Virus record (IMG/VR): IMGVR_UViG_3300009068_000031
Span: 1-64,000 of that record
Direction: 5' to 3' (one strand)
DNA length: 64,000 nucleotides
DNA from: an uncultured virus (IMG/VR IMGVR_UViG_3300009068_000031)
Taxonomy: Duplodnaviria; Heunggongvirae; Uroviricota; Caudoviricetes
The translations under genes were made by a program, and so were the position numbers. This document shows, piece after piece, positions 8,826 to 24,200 of the stretch. The notes below the pieces were generated by a model. It was not told the DNA's origin and did no database searches. It was given only the letters and a program-made list of their open reading frames with translations. Positions within the stretch are counted from its first letter, which is position 1; the number at the start of each line of letters is the position of its first letter.

Positions 8826-11800
8826 ATGTCATCCACAGATAGATTGAACAAATTATTGCTGGCAGAGGACTGGAAAAAAGTCTATCAGAGCTTCAGAAAT
8901 GCCGATTTCAAAAGTTATGATTTTGACAATCTACGCAGATCCATGATCAATTATCTGCGTCAAAACTATCCTGAAGATTTCAATGATTATTTAGAGAGCA
9001 GTGAATATCTTGCTCTGATTGATTTGATTGCTTTCTTGGGACAAAACATTGCATTCAGAATTGACTTGAATGCCAGAGAAAATTTTATAGAATTAGCAGA
9101 ACGCAGAGAATCAGTGTTGCGTCTTGCTAGACTGTTGAGCTACAATGCCAAGCGTAATCAACCAGCCAACGGTTTATTAAAAATTGATGCCATCAGCACT
9201 TCAGAAGAGATCATAGACAGCAACAATATCAACATAGCCAATCAAACCATCATATGGAATGATCCCAGCAATGAAGATTGGTATGAACAATTTATTAAAG
9301 TGTTGAATGCAATTCTACCAGTGACTGGCAAAATAGGAAGACCCAACAAAATAGACACTGTGAATGGAATTCCCACAGAACTTTATCAATTCAATTCAAA
9401 CCTACAAGAAGTACCAGTGTTTTCATTCACAAAAACCATAGATGGCAGAAACACTGCCTTTGAAGTGGTCAGTGTGGATTTGAAAGATGGAGAATTAACA
9501 GAATTATCTCCTTTGCCCACAAACAAATTACAATTTGTTTACAAAGAAGATGGCAGAGGCAATGCCAGCAGCAACACAGGATTTTTCTTTCACTTCAGAC
9601 AAGGCACACTGCAACAAGGAGATTTTTCAGTGGACCTATCCACTCCCAATCAAGTGGTTGGATTGGATGCCACCAACATCAATCAATCAGATGTGTGGCT
9701 GTATCAACTGGACAGCAACAGCAACGAAACAGAATTGTGGACCAAAGTGAGTGCTACCGAAGGCAACAACGTGATCTACAACAGCACTGCAAAATCTATT
9801 AGAAATATCTACAGTGTGATCACTAGAACTGAAGACAGAGTCAATCTGCAATTTGCTGACGGCACTTTTGGAAATTTACCCAAAGGCAAATTTAGAACAT
9901 ATTACAGAACCAGTGACAATAGACAGTTTAAAATTGTTCCAGCAGATTTAATCAACATTGAAATCACAGTGCCTTATGTCAGTGCCACAGGCAAAGACGA
10001 AACACTCACAATCAGTTTGGCACTGCAATACACAGTGGACAACGCAACCAATTCTGAATCAAATAGTTCTATAAAAAACAACGCACCTGCCACTTACTAC
10101 ACGCAGAACAGAATGATCACAGGGGAAGATTACAATGTGGCTCCGTTGTCAGTGAATCAACAAATTATTAAAATTAAATCAGTGAATAGAATCAGCAGTG
10201 GAGTGTCCAGATACTTTGACCTGTTGGATGCTACCGGCAAATACAGCAGCACTAATTTGTACGGCAGTGATGGAATAATTTACAAAGAAAATATTAATAA
10301 TAATTTTACTTTCAGTTATGTGAGTAGAACTGACATTGAAGGAATCATTAACAATTCAATTGAACCTTTGTTGAGCAACAAAAAATTATTTAATTTTTAT
10401 TTGAACAATTTTGCTAAAATTATTACTACAGATGTGGCAACTGAATGGTATCAATCCACCAATGGCAGCAATCTCAGCACTGGATATCTTGCAGACAGTG
10501 ACAGTAACAAATTAGAAGTGGGCACTTTCACAGACAGTGTGTTAAAATATTTAGAAATTGGTGCACAATTAAAATTTACAGCACCCACTGGAAAATACTT
10601 CACAGCCAAAGGCGAATTGCTCACAGGATCCCCTTCACAATTGGGAGACAGCACAGTGCGATGGGCCACAGTGGTGAATGTGATCGACAATGGCACATTG
10701 ATTCAAAATGACAACAGCGGTCCCATAATTCTCAATGATGTAATACCCACTGATGCTGTGTTGGCTCAGATAGTGCCTAAATTTACAAAATTTTTGTCCG
10801 CAGATATCAAATTGGAAATGTTGGATCAAATATTTGCCAACAGTACATTTGGATTGAGATACGATATCGCAGCTAGAGATTGGGTGGTAATCGATGAAAA
10901 CAACCTCAATGTTTATGCTGATTTCAGCATGGGCAAAACAGGTGACATCAGCAATCAACAATTGGATGCCAGCTGGTTATTGCTGTTTACCACAGACACA
11001 GAACTGTACACAGTGACCTACAAAGGTGTGAGATATGTGTTTGAAAGCGACAAAGAGATAAGATTCTATTACGATAGCAGTGATAAAAATTACAACACCA
11101 ACACTGGCAAAATAATCAAAGACAAAATCACAGTGTTGAATATCAACAATGCTCCAGGAGTTTTGACTCCAATGTTGGACAATGTCAACTGGCAAGTGGT
11201 GGAAGAATACAAAGACGCACAAGGATATGTGGACAGTAAAAAAATAGAAATTACTTATTTTGATTCAGATGATGATGGACTGATGGACAATCCAGAATCT
11301 TTTGAAAATTTAGTATCTGCGGGCACTCTAGTGTATCAAAAAAAGATTACATCTAATGGAGTGGAAGATTTTAATTATGTGAATGCTGATAGTGAAAATA
11401 TTCAATCAATCAGCAGTGAAAACAACATTGGATCCTACAGTTCATATGACACAAATACTGTGTTTTACAACACCACCACTGGTGTTTTTAAATTATTGAA
11501 TGTGTCCACAGGAGTTTTGACCACAGTGAGTGATTATAGAGCATACAACGGTCGTGATAGTTTAAAATTTCAGTACGTACACAGCACAGACAGCTCTAAT
11601 AGAATAGATCCCAGCTCCAGCAATATCATTGATATATTTTTGTTGACAAGATCTTATGACACAGAATTCAGATCTTGGTTGTCTAACGATATTGAAAATA
11701 AACCCCTGCCACAGAGTTCTGATTCCATGTATCAAAATTTTGGCAAAGACATCAATCTAATCAAATCCATCAGTGATGAAGTGATCTATCATCCGGTGAA

Positions 11801-12242
11801 ATACAAAATTTTGTTTGGAGACAAAGCAGATGTTAAATTTCAATCAGTGTTCAAAGTGGTCAAAAACACCAATGAGGTGGTGAATGATGATGATGTGAAG
11901 GTAAGAGTGATTCAGGCTGTGAATGAATACTTTGATCTGGAGAATTGGGATTTCGGTGATACATTTTATTTTTCAGAACTCAGCACATACGTGATGACTC
12001 AACTGGCTCCAGATATAGTGACTTTTGTGATAGTTCCGGATCAAGCATCTCAATCCTTTGGCAGTTTGTTTGAAATTAAATCTGAAAGCGATGAAATTTT
12101 TATCAGTGGTGCCACAGTGGATGATGTTGAAATAATTGACGCCATAACTGCTTCAAAATTAAAATCCAGTGGGTCAATTGTCACATCTACTCCAAACATT
12201 AATGTGGGTATCAGCAGTGCTTCTTTCAACGGGAGTTACTAA
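8826..12242 (+). CDS. gp6: gp6-like baseplate wedge protein (extended, 1138 aa)
   Basis: DFDNLR..MINYL...EDFNDY.ESS, RENFIELAERRESVLRLARLLSY, FADGTFGNLP and QNRMITGEDY are gp6/gpJ-type motifs. Confidence 0.8.
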   Translation: MSSTDRLNKLLLAEDWKKVYQSFRNADFKSYDFDNLRRSMINYLRQNYPEDFNDYLESSEYLALIDLIAFLGQNIAFRIDLNARENFIELAERRESVLRLARLLSYNAKRNQPANGLLKIDAISTSEEIIDSNNINIANQTIIWNDPSNEDWYEQFIKVLNAILPVTGKIGRPNKIDTVNGIPTELYQFNSNLQEVPVFSFTKTIDGRNTAFEVVSVDLKDGELTELSPLPTNKLQFVYKEDGRGNASSNTGFFFHFRQGTLQQGDFSVDLSTPNQVVGLDATNINQSDVWLYQLDSNSNETELWTKVSATEGNNVIYNSTAKSIRNIYSVITRTEDRVNLQFADGTFGNLPKGKFRTYYRTSDNRQFKIVPADLINIEITVPYVSATGKDETLTISLALQYTVDNATNSESNSSIKNNAPATYYTQNRMITGEDYNVAPLSVNQQIIKIKSVNRISSGVSRYFDLLDATGKYSSTNLYGSDGIIYKENINNNFTFSYVSRTDIEGIINNSIEPLLSNKKLFNFYLNNFAKIITTDVATEWYQSTNGSNLSTGYLADSDSNKLEVGTFTDSVLKYLEIGAQLKFTAPTGKYFTAKGELLTGSPSQLGDSTVRWATVVNVIDNGTLIQNDNSGPIILNDVIPTDAVLAQIVPKFTKFLSADIKLEMLDQIFANSTFGLRYDIAARDWVVIDENNLNVYADFSMGKTGDISNQQLDASWLLLFTTDTELYTVTYKGVRYVFESDKEIRFYYDSSDKNYNTNTGKIIKDKITVLNINNAPGVLTPMLDNVNWQVVEEYKDAQGYVDSKKIEITYFDSDDDGLMDNPESFENLVSAGTLVYQKKITSNGVEDFNYVNADSENIQSISSENNIGSYSSYDTNTVFYNTTTGVFKLLNVSTGVLTTVSDYRAYNGRDSLKFQYVHSTDSSNRIDPSSSNIIDIFLLTRSYDTEFRSWLSNDIENKPLPQSSDSMYQNFGKDINLIKSISDEVIYHPVKYKILFGDKADVKFQSVFKVVKNTNEVVNDDDVKVRVIQAVNEYFDLENWDFGDTFYFSELSTYVMTQLAPDIVTFVIVPDQASQSFGSLFEIKSESDEIFISGATVDDVEIIDAITASKLKSSGSIVTSTPNINVGISSASFNGSY

Positions 12243-15200
12243 TGGCTTACGATAATAATCAAGAAGATTTTCCACTACCCAAAGGCAATCAAAACACATC
12301 AGATAGAAAAACTTCTAATCTACTTCCCAAATATTTTAGAACACCCACAAATACAAAATTTTTACACAGCACGTTGGATCAATTATTAAATCCAGGCACT
12401 GTGGAAAAAATCAGTGCGTTCTATGGCAGAAAAACCGCCAAAGCATTTGAGATTCAAGACAACTATATCAACGAAGTGTCAGATGACAGACAAAACTATC
12501 AATTTGAACCTGTGGTGGTTAGAAGAGACAATTTAAACAATGTGGTGTTTTACAAAGATTATGTGGATTACATCAATCAAATTAAAAGTTTATCAGGCAA
12601 TGTGGACAATCACAGCGTTTTAAACAGTCAAGAATACTACAGTTGGAATCCCAATATTGATTGGGACAAGTTTGTAAATTTTAGAGAATACTACTGGTTA
12701 ACTTCAGGTCCTGAAGTGATCACCATCACAGGCATTCAACAGCAGATTCAAAGCACTTACACTGTGCGATTGGCAGATAATTTGGACAATTATGCTTATG
12801 TGTTATCGCCAGATGGTTTGACACAAAATGCCACCATAAAATTGTTCAAAGGTATCACATATCGATTTGACATTGATACTCCTGGCATGCCATTCACTAT
12901 TAGAACTGCTAGAATTTTACAAGACAGTTATTTGTACAATGAAGGAGTGGATCAACAAAATGTGGAGCAAGGCACAACAATCTTCACAGTGGGAGTGAAT
13001 ACTCCAGACACTTTATATTATGTGTCAGCCAATGATATCAATGCTTATGGACTGATACAAATTGATGAAATAATAGAAAACAGTGAAATAAATGTAGAAA
13101 AAGAAATTATTGGTAAAAAAAGTTTCACATTAACCAACGGATTATCATTGTCCAATGGTATGAAAATAAATTTCAAAGGCAATGTAACTCCAGCCAAATA
13201 TGCTCAAAATGAATGGTATGTGGAAGGAGTGGGCGAATCAATTCAATTGATAAATGAACAAGATTTTGCAGTGCCCAACGATATTGCTGATGAAACTTTA
13301 GAATCATTTGATGATTTGGGATTTGACAAGAACACCTATGATATAGAGGACATCACAGCAGACTCAAAAGATTACATTGTGATCAAAAAAAATTCATTGG
13401 ATAAAAACCCATGGACCAGAGCCAACAAATGGGTGCATAAGTCTGTGTTGCAAGCAGTGGCAGATTACAAAAATATCACACTGGATGTGAATGAAAATTT
13501 AAGAGCAAAAAGACCCATAATAGAATTTGACAATGGTTTAAAACTTTATAAATTTGGCAGTGTGGCCAAACCATATGTGGATGTGGTGGACACATTCACC
13601 AAGGACGTGTTCAGTGACATAGAAGGAGCCACAGGTTACAATGTGGATGGAGTGGATCTAGTGGATGGCATGAGACTATTGGTCACTGCTGATCCAGATA
13701 TCCTAGTAAAAAATAGAATATTCACTGTGAAAATTATTAATTTTGGCGGAGATGGTGATCCCACCAACAAACAAATATCATTGATTGAACCAACAGATTC
13801 AGCACCGCTGGAAAATGAAGTAGTATTGGTGACCAATGGAACCGTCAATCAAGGAAAAATGTTTTATTATGATGGCGCATCTTGGAAAGAAGCTCAAGCA
13901 AAAACTGCAGTGAATCAAACTCCGCTGTTTGATGTGTTTGACGATGAAGGAGACAGTTTTTCCAATTCTGTCAAATATCTCAGCACAAACTTTTTAGGCA
14001 ACAAAGTTTTCAGTTATAGAGTGGGCACAGGAACCAACGACGTTGAACTGGGATTTCCTTTGGCATATAGAAATGTCAACAATGTGGGAGACATTGTGTT
14101 TGATTTCAATCTTCTTTCTGAAACTTTTGATTATCAATCTCAAGACACTCTTGTGACTCAATCCACAGATATTGGATTTTTAAAAAGATACAGTGACAGA
14201 ACCACTTTCAAATATGTGCATGGTTGGACCAAAGCCAAAAATTTCAGCAAACAAATGGTGATTAGGCAGTACATTGCTTCAGAACAAGTCAATGATTTTG
14301 CTGTGGATGTGTACAACAACAGTGGACTATTGAATGATTTGATTCTAAAAGTTTATGTGGATAATAAATTGTTGGATTCCAACGAATATCAAACAGTAAG
14401 TATCAATAACATTTTGTATGTGCAATTGAACAATGATTTGAACAGTGATCAGTCTATAATTTTAAAAACTCACAGTGATGCTGTAAAAAATAATCAAGGA
14501 TACTATGAAATACCAATCAATTTAGAAAGTAATCCTTTGAATGACAATCTTAATGATTTTACATTTGGTGAAGTGGTAAATCATGTGGACAGTATCATAG
14601 AACAATTGAATTCATTTGAAGGTGTAAATCCAGGTTCAAACAATTTGAGAGATTTGGGTAATTTAACTGCTTATGGAACTAAGTTTGTTCAACACAGTGC
14701 TCCAATCAATCTATCTTTGTATCACATCACAGAAAAACAAGTGAATGTGGTTAAATCTGTATCTTTTGCTCAGAAAGAATACGACAAATTCAAAAAAACA
14801 TTTTTACAAGTGGCAGAAAATTCTGGATTCAGTGGCACAGTGCGTGAGCATGTGGATGAAATAATGAAAATTATTAACAAAGACAAAAACAGCAACATGC
14901 CATTCTATTTCAGTGACATGGTTCCTTATGGTGCTGCTAAAAAATTAACATTCAAAGTGTATGACAACAGCAACATTTATTTTGCTCTCAGTCAACAGTT
15001 CAGCATGGCTCAATTGAATACCAAAGCAGTTCAGGTATATTTGAATGGTGAGCAGTTGTATCATAAAATTAATTATGAATTCAACAGTGACAATTTTTGT
15101 GTGATCAACACAGCATTAGCAGTGAACGATTTGGTGGAAATATATGAATATGAAAGCACCAACGGCAACTATGTGCCATCCACACCAACCAAATTGGGAT

Positions 15201-18200
15201 TGTATCCAAGATACAAACCACAAATATACACAGATCACACATTGATCAATCCAGTGGATGTTGTTCAAGGGCACGATGGCAGCATCATTGTGGCATATGG
15301 TGATTACAGAGATGAACTATTGTTGGAACTTGAAAAAAGAATTTATAACAATATAAAAATTGAATACAACAAAGACATAAGAAACATTTTTGACTTTGTT
15401 CCAGGAGAATTTAGAAACACAGGATATAAAACTTCCAACATTGATCAGTCTATGTCTGCTGATTTCATCAAATGGAACAGTATGGTGGGCACTTTGGATT
15501 ATACTAATAATTTTTTCTATGATGGATCAAACAGTTTTACGTTCAATCATTCACACATGCTGTCGTTTGCTGGCACTCCATTGTTGGGATTTTGGAGAGC
15601 CATATACAAACAAGCCTATGACACAGATAGACCACACAGTCATCCTTGGGAGATGTTGGGCTTCAGCGAACAGCCCACTTGGTGGAACACAGTGTATGGT
15701 CCAGCACCTTACACCAGTGACAACTTGATTCTTTGGGAAGATCTTCAGGCTGGTGTGATCAGAGAACCAGGCAAAAAAGTTGTTTACGATCCAAGATTTG
15801 TGAGAACGGATTTGTTGAATCATTTGCCCGTGAACGAGGACGGTGAACTGTTGAGTCCAATCAACAGCAACTACGCTAAAAATTTAATATTAACTCTATC
15901 ATCCAAACAGTTTAAATTTGGTGATCAAGCTCCAGTGGAAAACGCTTGGAGACGCAGTTCCAATTATCCATTTGCTCTGTTAAAGTCCATGCTGTTGAAC
16001 AGACCAGCTCACACCATGGGTGTAAATTTTGACGCTTCTAGAATTGTAAAAAATATCACGGATGAAATAATATATACCACCACTAAAAAAAGAATCACTC
16101 TGAAAGATTTAGTATTTCCCAACAGTAGAACAGATGAAAATTATGTGTTAACTTCTGGCTTGGTGAATTATATTTCAAATTACATCAAAACAGATGTATT
16201 GACCAAATATGCTGATTATCAAAACACTTTGACTGAATTAACTCAACAGTTGGGATTCAAAGTGAAAGGATTCACAGAAAAAGAAAAATTTAAATTGTTA
16301 TTGGACAGCAGATCACCACTGAATCAAAGCAATGTGTTTGTGCCTGAAGAAAATTATGATATTCATTTGAATTCCAGTTCACCTATTGATGTATTGGTGT
16401 ACAGTGCTGTAATTGTGGAAAAACTTCCAGAAGGTTTTTCAGTCAAGGGATATGATCTAACACTGCCAGAATTTAAATATTTTGCTCCCATTAAAAAACA
16501 AAATGATTCTGTGAAAAAAGTGGGTGGAGTGAGCAAATCTTATGTGAGTTGGATCTCCAACAAAGTCTACGGTGCTGGTCAGATTGTTCAGTATCAAAAT
16601 CAATTTTATCAAGCTGAAAGAGATCATCTGAGTGGCAGCAAATTTGATTCTTCTAAATTTGTCAAACTAAGTTCATTGCCCATTGAAGGTGGCATCACTG
16701 CTGTGTTCAGTAGAAACTTTGAAAAAGAAACAAGTGTATTAAATTATGGCACAGTGCTGCCCACTCAACAGCATGTGGTAGACTTTTTATTGGGCTACAG
16801 CAAATATTTAGAATCCAAAGGATTTGTGTTTGATAATTTTAATCAGAAAATCAATGCTGTGGAAAATTGGAATCTCAGTGCTCAAGAGTTCATGTTCTGG
16901 ACCACACAAAACTGGAAATCCGGAGCAGTGTTGTCATTGAGTCCAGCAGCCAATAAAATCCAATTAAAAACATCTTTTTCGGTGGCTGACAATGTGTTTG
17001 ATAATTTTTATGACTATGCAGTGCTCAAAGCAGATGGTATTAAAATTTCCAAAGAAAAATTAAGCGTGGTGCGACAAAACAACGACTTTACTTTGAGTGT
17101 GAAAAACACCAGTGACGGAATTTATTTTGTTAAAATACCTTTGATTCAAAAAGAACATGTGGTATTGATTGACAATGTTACAGTATTCAATGATGTGATC
17201 TATGATTTTGCAGCAGGGTATAGACAGGACAGAATCAAAGTGATAGGATATGTGGTGGGCAATTGGAATGGTTCCTTGAATGTGCCAGGATTCATGTATG
17301 ATGAAGTGAAAATAAGTGAATGGCAGCCATTCACAGATTACAGCATGAGTGATGTGGTCAAATACAAACAATTCTATTACAGTGCCAATCTAAACGTCAC
17401 AGGATCCAGCACATTTGATTTTGATCAGTGGACCAAACTGTCTGAAAAACCAGTCAGCACATTGAAACCCAACTTTGAATACAAAACCAATCAGTTTGGT
17501 GACTTTTATGATTTGGACACAGATAATTTTGATGTGGAGCAACAAAAACTTGCTCAACATTTGATAGGATATCAAAAGAGAGAATATCTACAAAATATCA
17601 TCAATGATGATGTGGCACAGTACAAATTTTATCAAGGGTTTTTACAGGACAAAGGCACCAAGAATGCTTTGGAAAAATTGTTTAATTCACTGGCCAGTGC
17701 CAACAAAGACAGCATTGAGTTCTATGAAGAATGGGCCATTAGAACAGGACAATATGGTGCGGCGACAGGCTTTGATGAAGTGGAATATGTGTTGGATGAA
17801 AAACAATTCAAATTGAATCCACAACCAATTTCATTGACCAACGATCTAAATCCCATAGATCCTGACTTTGTTTATAGAATCAAATCAGATGAAACTTATT
17901 TGAAATCAGAAAATTACAATCATAATCCTTTTCCTGAAAAGAATAATCTTGAAAAATACATCAAAACAGCAGGATTTGTGGATCCCAATGATGTGGATTT
18001 TATTTTAAAAAATTATGATGACATACTATCCATTGACACTGCCAAACTTAAATTTGATCAATATGTGTGGATTGGATTTTTCAAACAAAGTTGGCAGGTT
18101 TACAAACATATCAAAACAGATTATAAAGTTTTATCAGTGACTGAAGCCAACAATTTGGTCACTGTGGTAACAGATTTGTACAGCAATGTGTCTGTGGATG

Positions 18201-21200
18201 ACATAATATCTGTGAGCATACCGCAACAGAATTCCAAACAATTGTTCAAAGTAAAAACTGTGTCACTGGATCAAATAGTATGTCATAAAAACGGCAACAC
18301 AGTGTTGACCGTGAATGATGGATCTTCTCATGGATATTTGGGCACCTTTGTCAGTAACAAACTTTCAAATTTAGAATCTATCAACGCCAAGGCCCAAGAC
18401 TCGGGTGGATTCAAAAACAATGATCTGTTTTGGGTGGAAGATGACAACAATGCTGAATGGGTCACTTTAAAAAATAATAAAGTTTGGCAAAATCATCAGC
18501 AGATTGTCAACTTTAACACAGATTCTATGGCATCATATGGCACAGCCATGAGCGTGGATGGCAGCAACAATGTGATGGCAGTGTCTGATCTAAATCTAGG
18601 AATTTACATTTATAAAAGAGGATCAGATTCTGGACAGTTCACTCTGAGACAAGTGATCGATGTGCCACAAAACATTTGGACTGGCAATGCTGATTTTGGT
18701 GCAAGTTTAGACATCAGTGCTGACGGGAAATATATTGTGGTGGGAGCGCCCAAGGCTTCTCAAGTTAGAAGTTATTACAAAGGCAATTATTCAACAATCA
18801 CTGCATACGATGTGGGTGATATTGTAAAACACAAAGAACAATTGTGGAAAGTGGTAAACCCAGTGTTGGGTCAAGATCCTTCAGTGGATTTCACCACATT
18901 TGACGCTGCAAGTTTTTGGAGTGAAGTTGAATTTGATGCGGGCATAAATGCTTATCCCACAATCAAACAGATGATCACAGGCAACTATTCCGTAGCAGGA
19001 GTAAGCACTGATCATCTATTGATCCGAGCTGGCTCACAACAATACAGAGGCAGTGCAGTGGGCGACACTTTGGTGTTGTATTGGAATAATTTGACCACTG
19101 AATATCCCACTGGCAACACACCATTCAATGGCACAGCCACAGGCATTGACAAAACTTTTATTGATGGTGCTCATACCATTCAAGAGAAAGTGGATGAAAT
19201 TATCAACATAGATTTGACTCTTCTGACTCCAACAGTTGGAGACACACTCAGCACTGAAGATGCAGATGGAGAAGTTGTTTATGTATTCAGTCAAGGCACA
19301 CAGTCTATCATATATCTCAGCAATGTGAATGGAAATTTTGCTGATTCAGATCAGATCAAATTAGGCGTGTTTCCTGTGGGAGATTATACCAGAGTGATTG
19401 CAGAAGATTATGATCTCACATTGGCAGGATGGTGGTTGATCAACATACCTTCTCCTGGCACAGTTTCAGCTCAAGCTGACTCAAAAAAATCATTGGTGAT
19501 ACGAGACATTATCAAAGCGGGCGATCCTCGCACAGCTTTCTTGTATTTCAACAGTTTAGACACACAACAATCACAATCAGTATTGCCAACTATTATCACA
19601 CCTGCCAGTCAGTTAAGCATACTGACCTATGACAAGCAATTCACTATTTCAGGTTACAGTGCATTCACAGGCAGCATTGACGACAGCAGATATTTGATCA
19701 GAGCACCCAAAGCAATGAGTGATGTGCTGCCTACGGCTACCTATGATGAAGTGGGAGTTTGGTTCAACACCATACAGACAGGAGTTCCTCTATCAGTGAC
19801 AGAACCCACTGCTTTGGATCTACCTTTTGAGGATCTCAATGGTGTGAAAGAAATAATTGATGTATGGAATGGTTTTTTAAGAGTGTTGGCACAACCAGAT
19901 GGTTTGGGAACATTCTATGTGCCCACAGTGGGTGACACTGTGCAGGATGATGCCACAGGCAGTCAAGCAGAAGTTACCTATGTTAAAGTGGTGGGCTTTA
20001 ATGTATTACAGATTTATATCAAAAATAAAACTGGATCGTTCAGTGTGGGCACTGACTTTGGTCCGTCAGTCAATTTGACATTGATCGGCACGCCAAATAG
20101 AACTGTGGGAGTGATTCAACGCAGTGAATTGGAAGATGCAGTGGTGGGCTCATTGTTTGTGTTTGATCAAGGATCTGCTCTAGTTCCTACCAGCAACAGC
20201 GCATATCATTTTATAAATGGTTTGGAATATTATTTGTATCAAGATATCACACAGGATGGAGTGAGCAGAGCAGCCAGTGTGCCTTCCAGAATTAATAGAG
20301 ATTATGAACAAGTGTTCAATATTCCAGCTGGTCTTGGATATACTTCGGCATTGACCAATCAAGGATTATTCTTGATTTATGAAAGATTGACCAATGGCAA
20401 TTATGTATTGACCAGTTCTTACCTTGTGCCTAACATGAACAACGGTACAAACTTGGGTTTAAAAACTGTTTTAAGACAACACAATGCTGTGACCACGCTG
20501 TATGTGAGTTCAGCAGCCACTGCCACAGACACTGGTAAAATTTATTTTGTTAAAAAATCCAGCACACAAAACTGGAATTTGAGTGTGGATCCCAATTACA
20601 CAGGACTGTTTGATATCAGTTCAGTCTATCGTACCAATGATTTGATAGCTTATAATAATATCATATACAAGAGTTTGACCAATCAAGGACCATCCAGCTT
20701 TGTGTCTACTTTTTGGCAACCACAGACTGAAGGCATAGATTATCAAGGATATGTGCCTCATGATCCCAATGATGATTCTACTCCCACATTGGAAGGGGAT
20801 TCCACAATCAACATCAGTCAATTGCAAAATTTTGGATACACATTTGATGTGAACGATTCAGGTTCAGTGTTGGCAGTGTCCGTGATAGATTTTATAGACA
20901 GCAGTTCACCCACACAAAATAAGGTAGTGATATATAGATTGGTGAATGGCAGATATCAATATTCACAAACATTGATTTCACCAGACAGTGGAGAAGACAA
21001 CACAGATTTTGCCAATGCTGTGGCAGTCAGCAATGACGGCATGTTCATAGCAGTGGGCAGTCCGCAAGCAGATCAAACAGCCACTGATGGCGGAGTGGTG
21101 TATGTATTCAAACAAACCAATGGAGTATATGTCAATACTCAAACACTCACCAGTCCTCAACCTCAAACCACAGAAAAATTTGGAACTAATTTAGATTTTG

Positions 21201-24200
21201 ATGGTGACACATTGGCAATTTCCAGTCTCAATGGTGACATGGAGATTAATTTTTCTTTGGACACCAACAACACATATTTTGATGCTGGTGCCACCACATT
21301 CAATAATAAATTATTGGACACTGGGTCTATATATGTGTATGAAAACTTCAATAATGTATTTGTGTTTGCTGATGAATTCAGCGTGAATGATCAAGATCTT
21401 GTTAATTTTGGAAAAAATATAAAAATTAACAACAATCATGTGTATGCTTCTTTATCCAACTATCTAAATGATCACAGTTCTCCTTACACTGAAGGATTAA
21501 TTTTTGATTTTAGAAAACCAAATCTAACTCAAACATGGAATGCTCATAAAACTCCTGTGATGTCTGTTGATGTTGACAAGATAAAAGAAATTTTTCTATA
21601 CAATACAAAGAACAATAAGTTATTGCAAAAATTAGATTATATAGATCCTATTCAAGGCAAAATTGCTGGCATAGCTGAACAAGAGTTATATTACAAAACT
21701 TACTATGATCCTGCAGTGTACACCGTGGGTATCAGCGGATTGAGCATTGATGCTCAAAACAGTTGGCACAAAGAACAAGTGGGTAGATTGTGGTGGGATT
21801 TAAGCACTGTAAAATTTTATGATGCCAATCAAGGCAATATTATTTTTACAACCAATTATTGGAATAAAATATTTCCAGGTTCTTCCATAGATGTGTATGA
21901 ATGGGTGGAATCCAAATACTTGCCCACAGAATGGAATAATTTATCCGATACCAAACAAGGAATTGTTTTGGGAATCAGCGGCACAACCAAATATAACAAT
22001 TCAGTGTATGTGTCCAAACAAGTTTATGATTTTATTTCCAATAGTTTTAGCAATAGATATTACTATTGGGTTAAAAATAAAAAAACATTACCCAACATTG
22101 ACAGCAGAAAATTAAGTGCTTATGAAGTGTTTCAATTGATAGAAGATCCTAAAAAACAAGGCTATAAGTTTGTGTCGCTGTTGTCTAAAAATCAATTTGC
22201 TGTGAACAACATTGATAATTTTTTGGAAAACAAAGACACAGCAATAAACTTTAAAATTTGGACCATTAAAAATCAAGACATCAACATTCACAATGAATTT
22301 CAATTGATCAGTGAAGGAATTCCATACAGCAAACCCAAAAAAGAAATTGAAGCTGTTTGGTTCAACAGTTTGATTGGTTATGATGAACAATTCAGATCAG
22401 TGCCAGATGAAAATTTAAGTTTCAAATACAAATATGGCACATTGAGAAAACCTAGACAAGGATGGTTTGTCAATCGTATTGAAGCACTCAAACAAGTGAT
22501 TGAAAGAGCAAATGCTGTTTGTAAAACAAATTTAATCACAGACACACGTGACATCAGCAGACTGAATGAATTTGAGGAATCTCCCAGCACCATAACAAGA
22601 TTGTATGATTTAACCAAAGACACATTGGCTGACTTATCATTCGTGGGCACAGCTAACATTGAACAAGCAGTATTGATTCCTGTGATACAAAACAATAAAA
22701 TTGTTGATGTGTCTATAGTGAATCCTGGCAGAGGTTACAGAGTAGTTCCAACATATAAAATTATTGATTCACCAGGAACAGGATCAGGTGCTGAATTAGA
22801 GTTTGAAATCAACATATCAGGACAGATCACATCAGTCACAGTGAACAAACAAGGCAGCAACTACAGTGCCAACACAAGAATTGAAGTGAGAAAATTCAGT
22901 GTGTTGATACAATCAGATTCTGAAATTGGTAATAAATGGTCCATTCATCAATGGGACTCTGATTTGTTGGAATGGCAAAGAATTTTATCTCAAAAATACA
23001 ATGTTAATCAGCATTGGAGTTATGATGATTGGTACAGTGTGGGTTACAGTAAATTTACTGAAGTTAATCACACAGTGTCAGACAGCTATAAACTTTTATT
23101 AATCAATGATGAATTGGGAGATATTGTTAAAATTGAAAACGTAGGCACTGGTGGTTGGGTATTATTAGAAAAAATTGACAATCAAAATGATGTGGACTAC
23201 ACAATTAATTACAAAACCATAGGTAGACAGAATGGAACTGTGCAATTTTCTAATTCTTTATATAATTTTTCTCAATCCACTGTGGGATTCAACAGTACCA
23301 GTTATGATGTCACAGTTTATGACAATCAACCCATCACAGAAACAAGAATTATTTTAGAAACTTTAAGAGACAACATTTTTGTGGATGAATTGGAAGTGGA
23401 ATACAATAAATTATTCTTCTCCAGTTTGAGATATGTGTTTTCTGAACAATCTTTTGTGGATTGGGCATTCAAAACTAGTTTTGTCAAAGCTCAACACAAT
23501 GTGGGGGAACTTAATCAGCGTGTGGTTTATAAAAATGATAATTTATCCAATTATCAAGATTACATCAATGAAGTAAAACCTTACAAAACCAAAGTGAGAG
23601 AATACATCAGTGCTTATGAATCCATTGATAATTCCAGAGTGAATGTCACTGATTTTGATCTACCAGCCACTTATGATCCAGTATCTAAAAAAATTGTGGT
23701 GAGTTATGCCAAAGTTATCAATGATCAAATTGCAAATTCAAATATCACCAGCATTTATCCCAACAAACACTGGTTGGATAATGTGGGATTCAAAGTCACA
23801 ACAATTAAAATATCCAATGTGGGCAGTGGATATTTGGGAACTCCTACGATTACCATCACAGGTGGTGGAGGCACAGGAGCCACAGCCAAAGCATTCGTGA
23901 GCAATGGCAGATTAACACACATTCAGATAGTGGATTCAGGATCTGGTTATCTATCAGCACCCACAGTGAACATATCTGGCTCATTGTCCACCACAGGTGT
24001 GGCAGGTCAAGCAGTGGCCATATTGGGAGATTCATTGATCAAATCCACACACATCAGAGTTAAATTTGATAGAACCACTGGCACTTTATTGATCAGCAAT
24101 CTAACAAGAACAGAAACTTTTGTAGGCACAGGCAATCAATTGACATACTCTTTGAAATGGCCCATCAATCTCAAATCCAGCAAAGTCAAAGTGATAGTGA

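Noticed and set aside
3399..12242. Bacterial contractile injection system or T6SS locus
   Set aside because: The adjacent gp55/gp47/gp46-like genes, T4-type late promoters and absence of host housekeeping genes indicate a phage genome.
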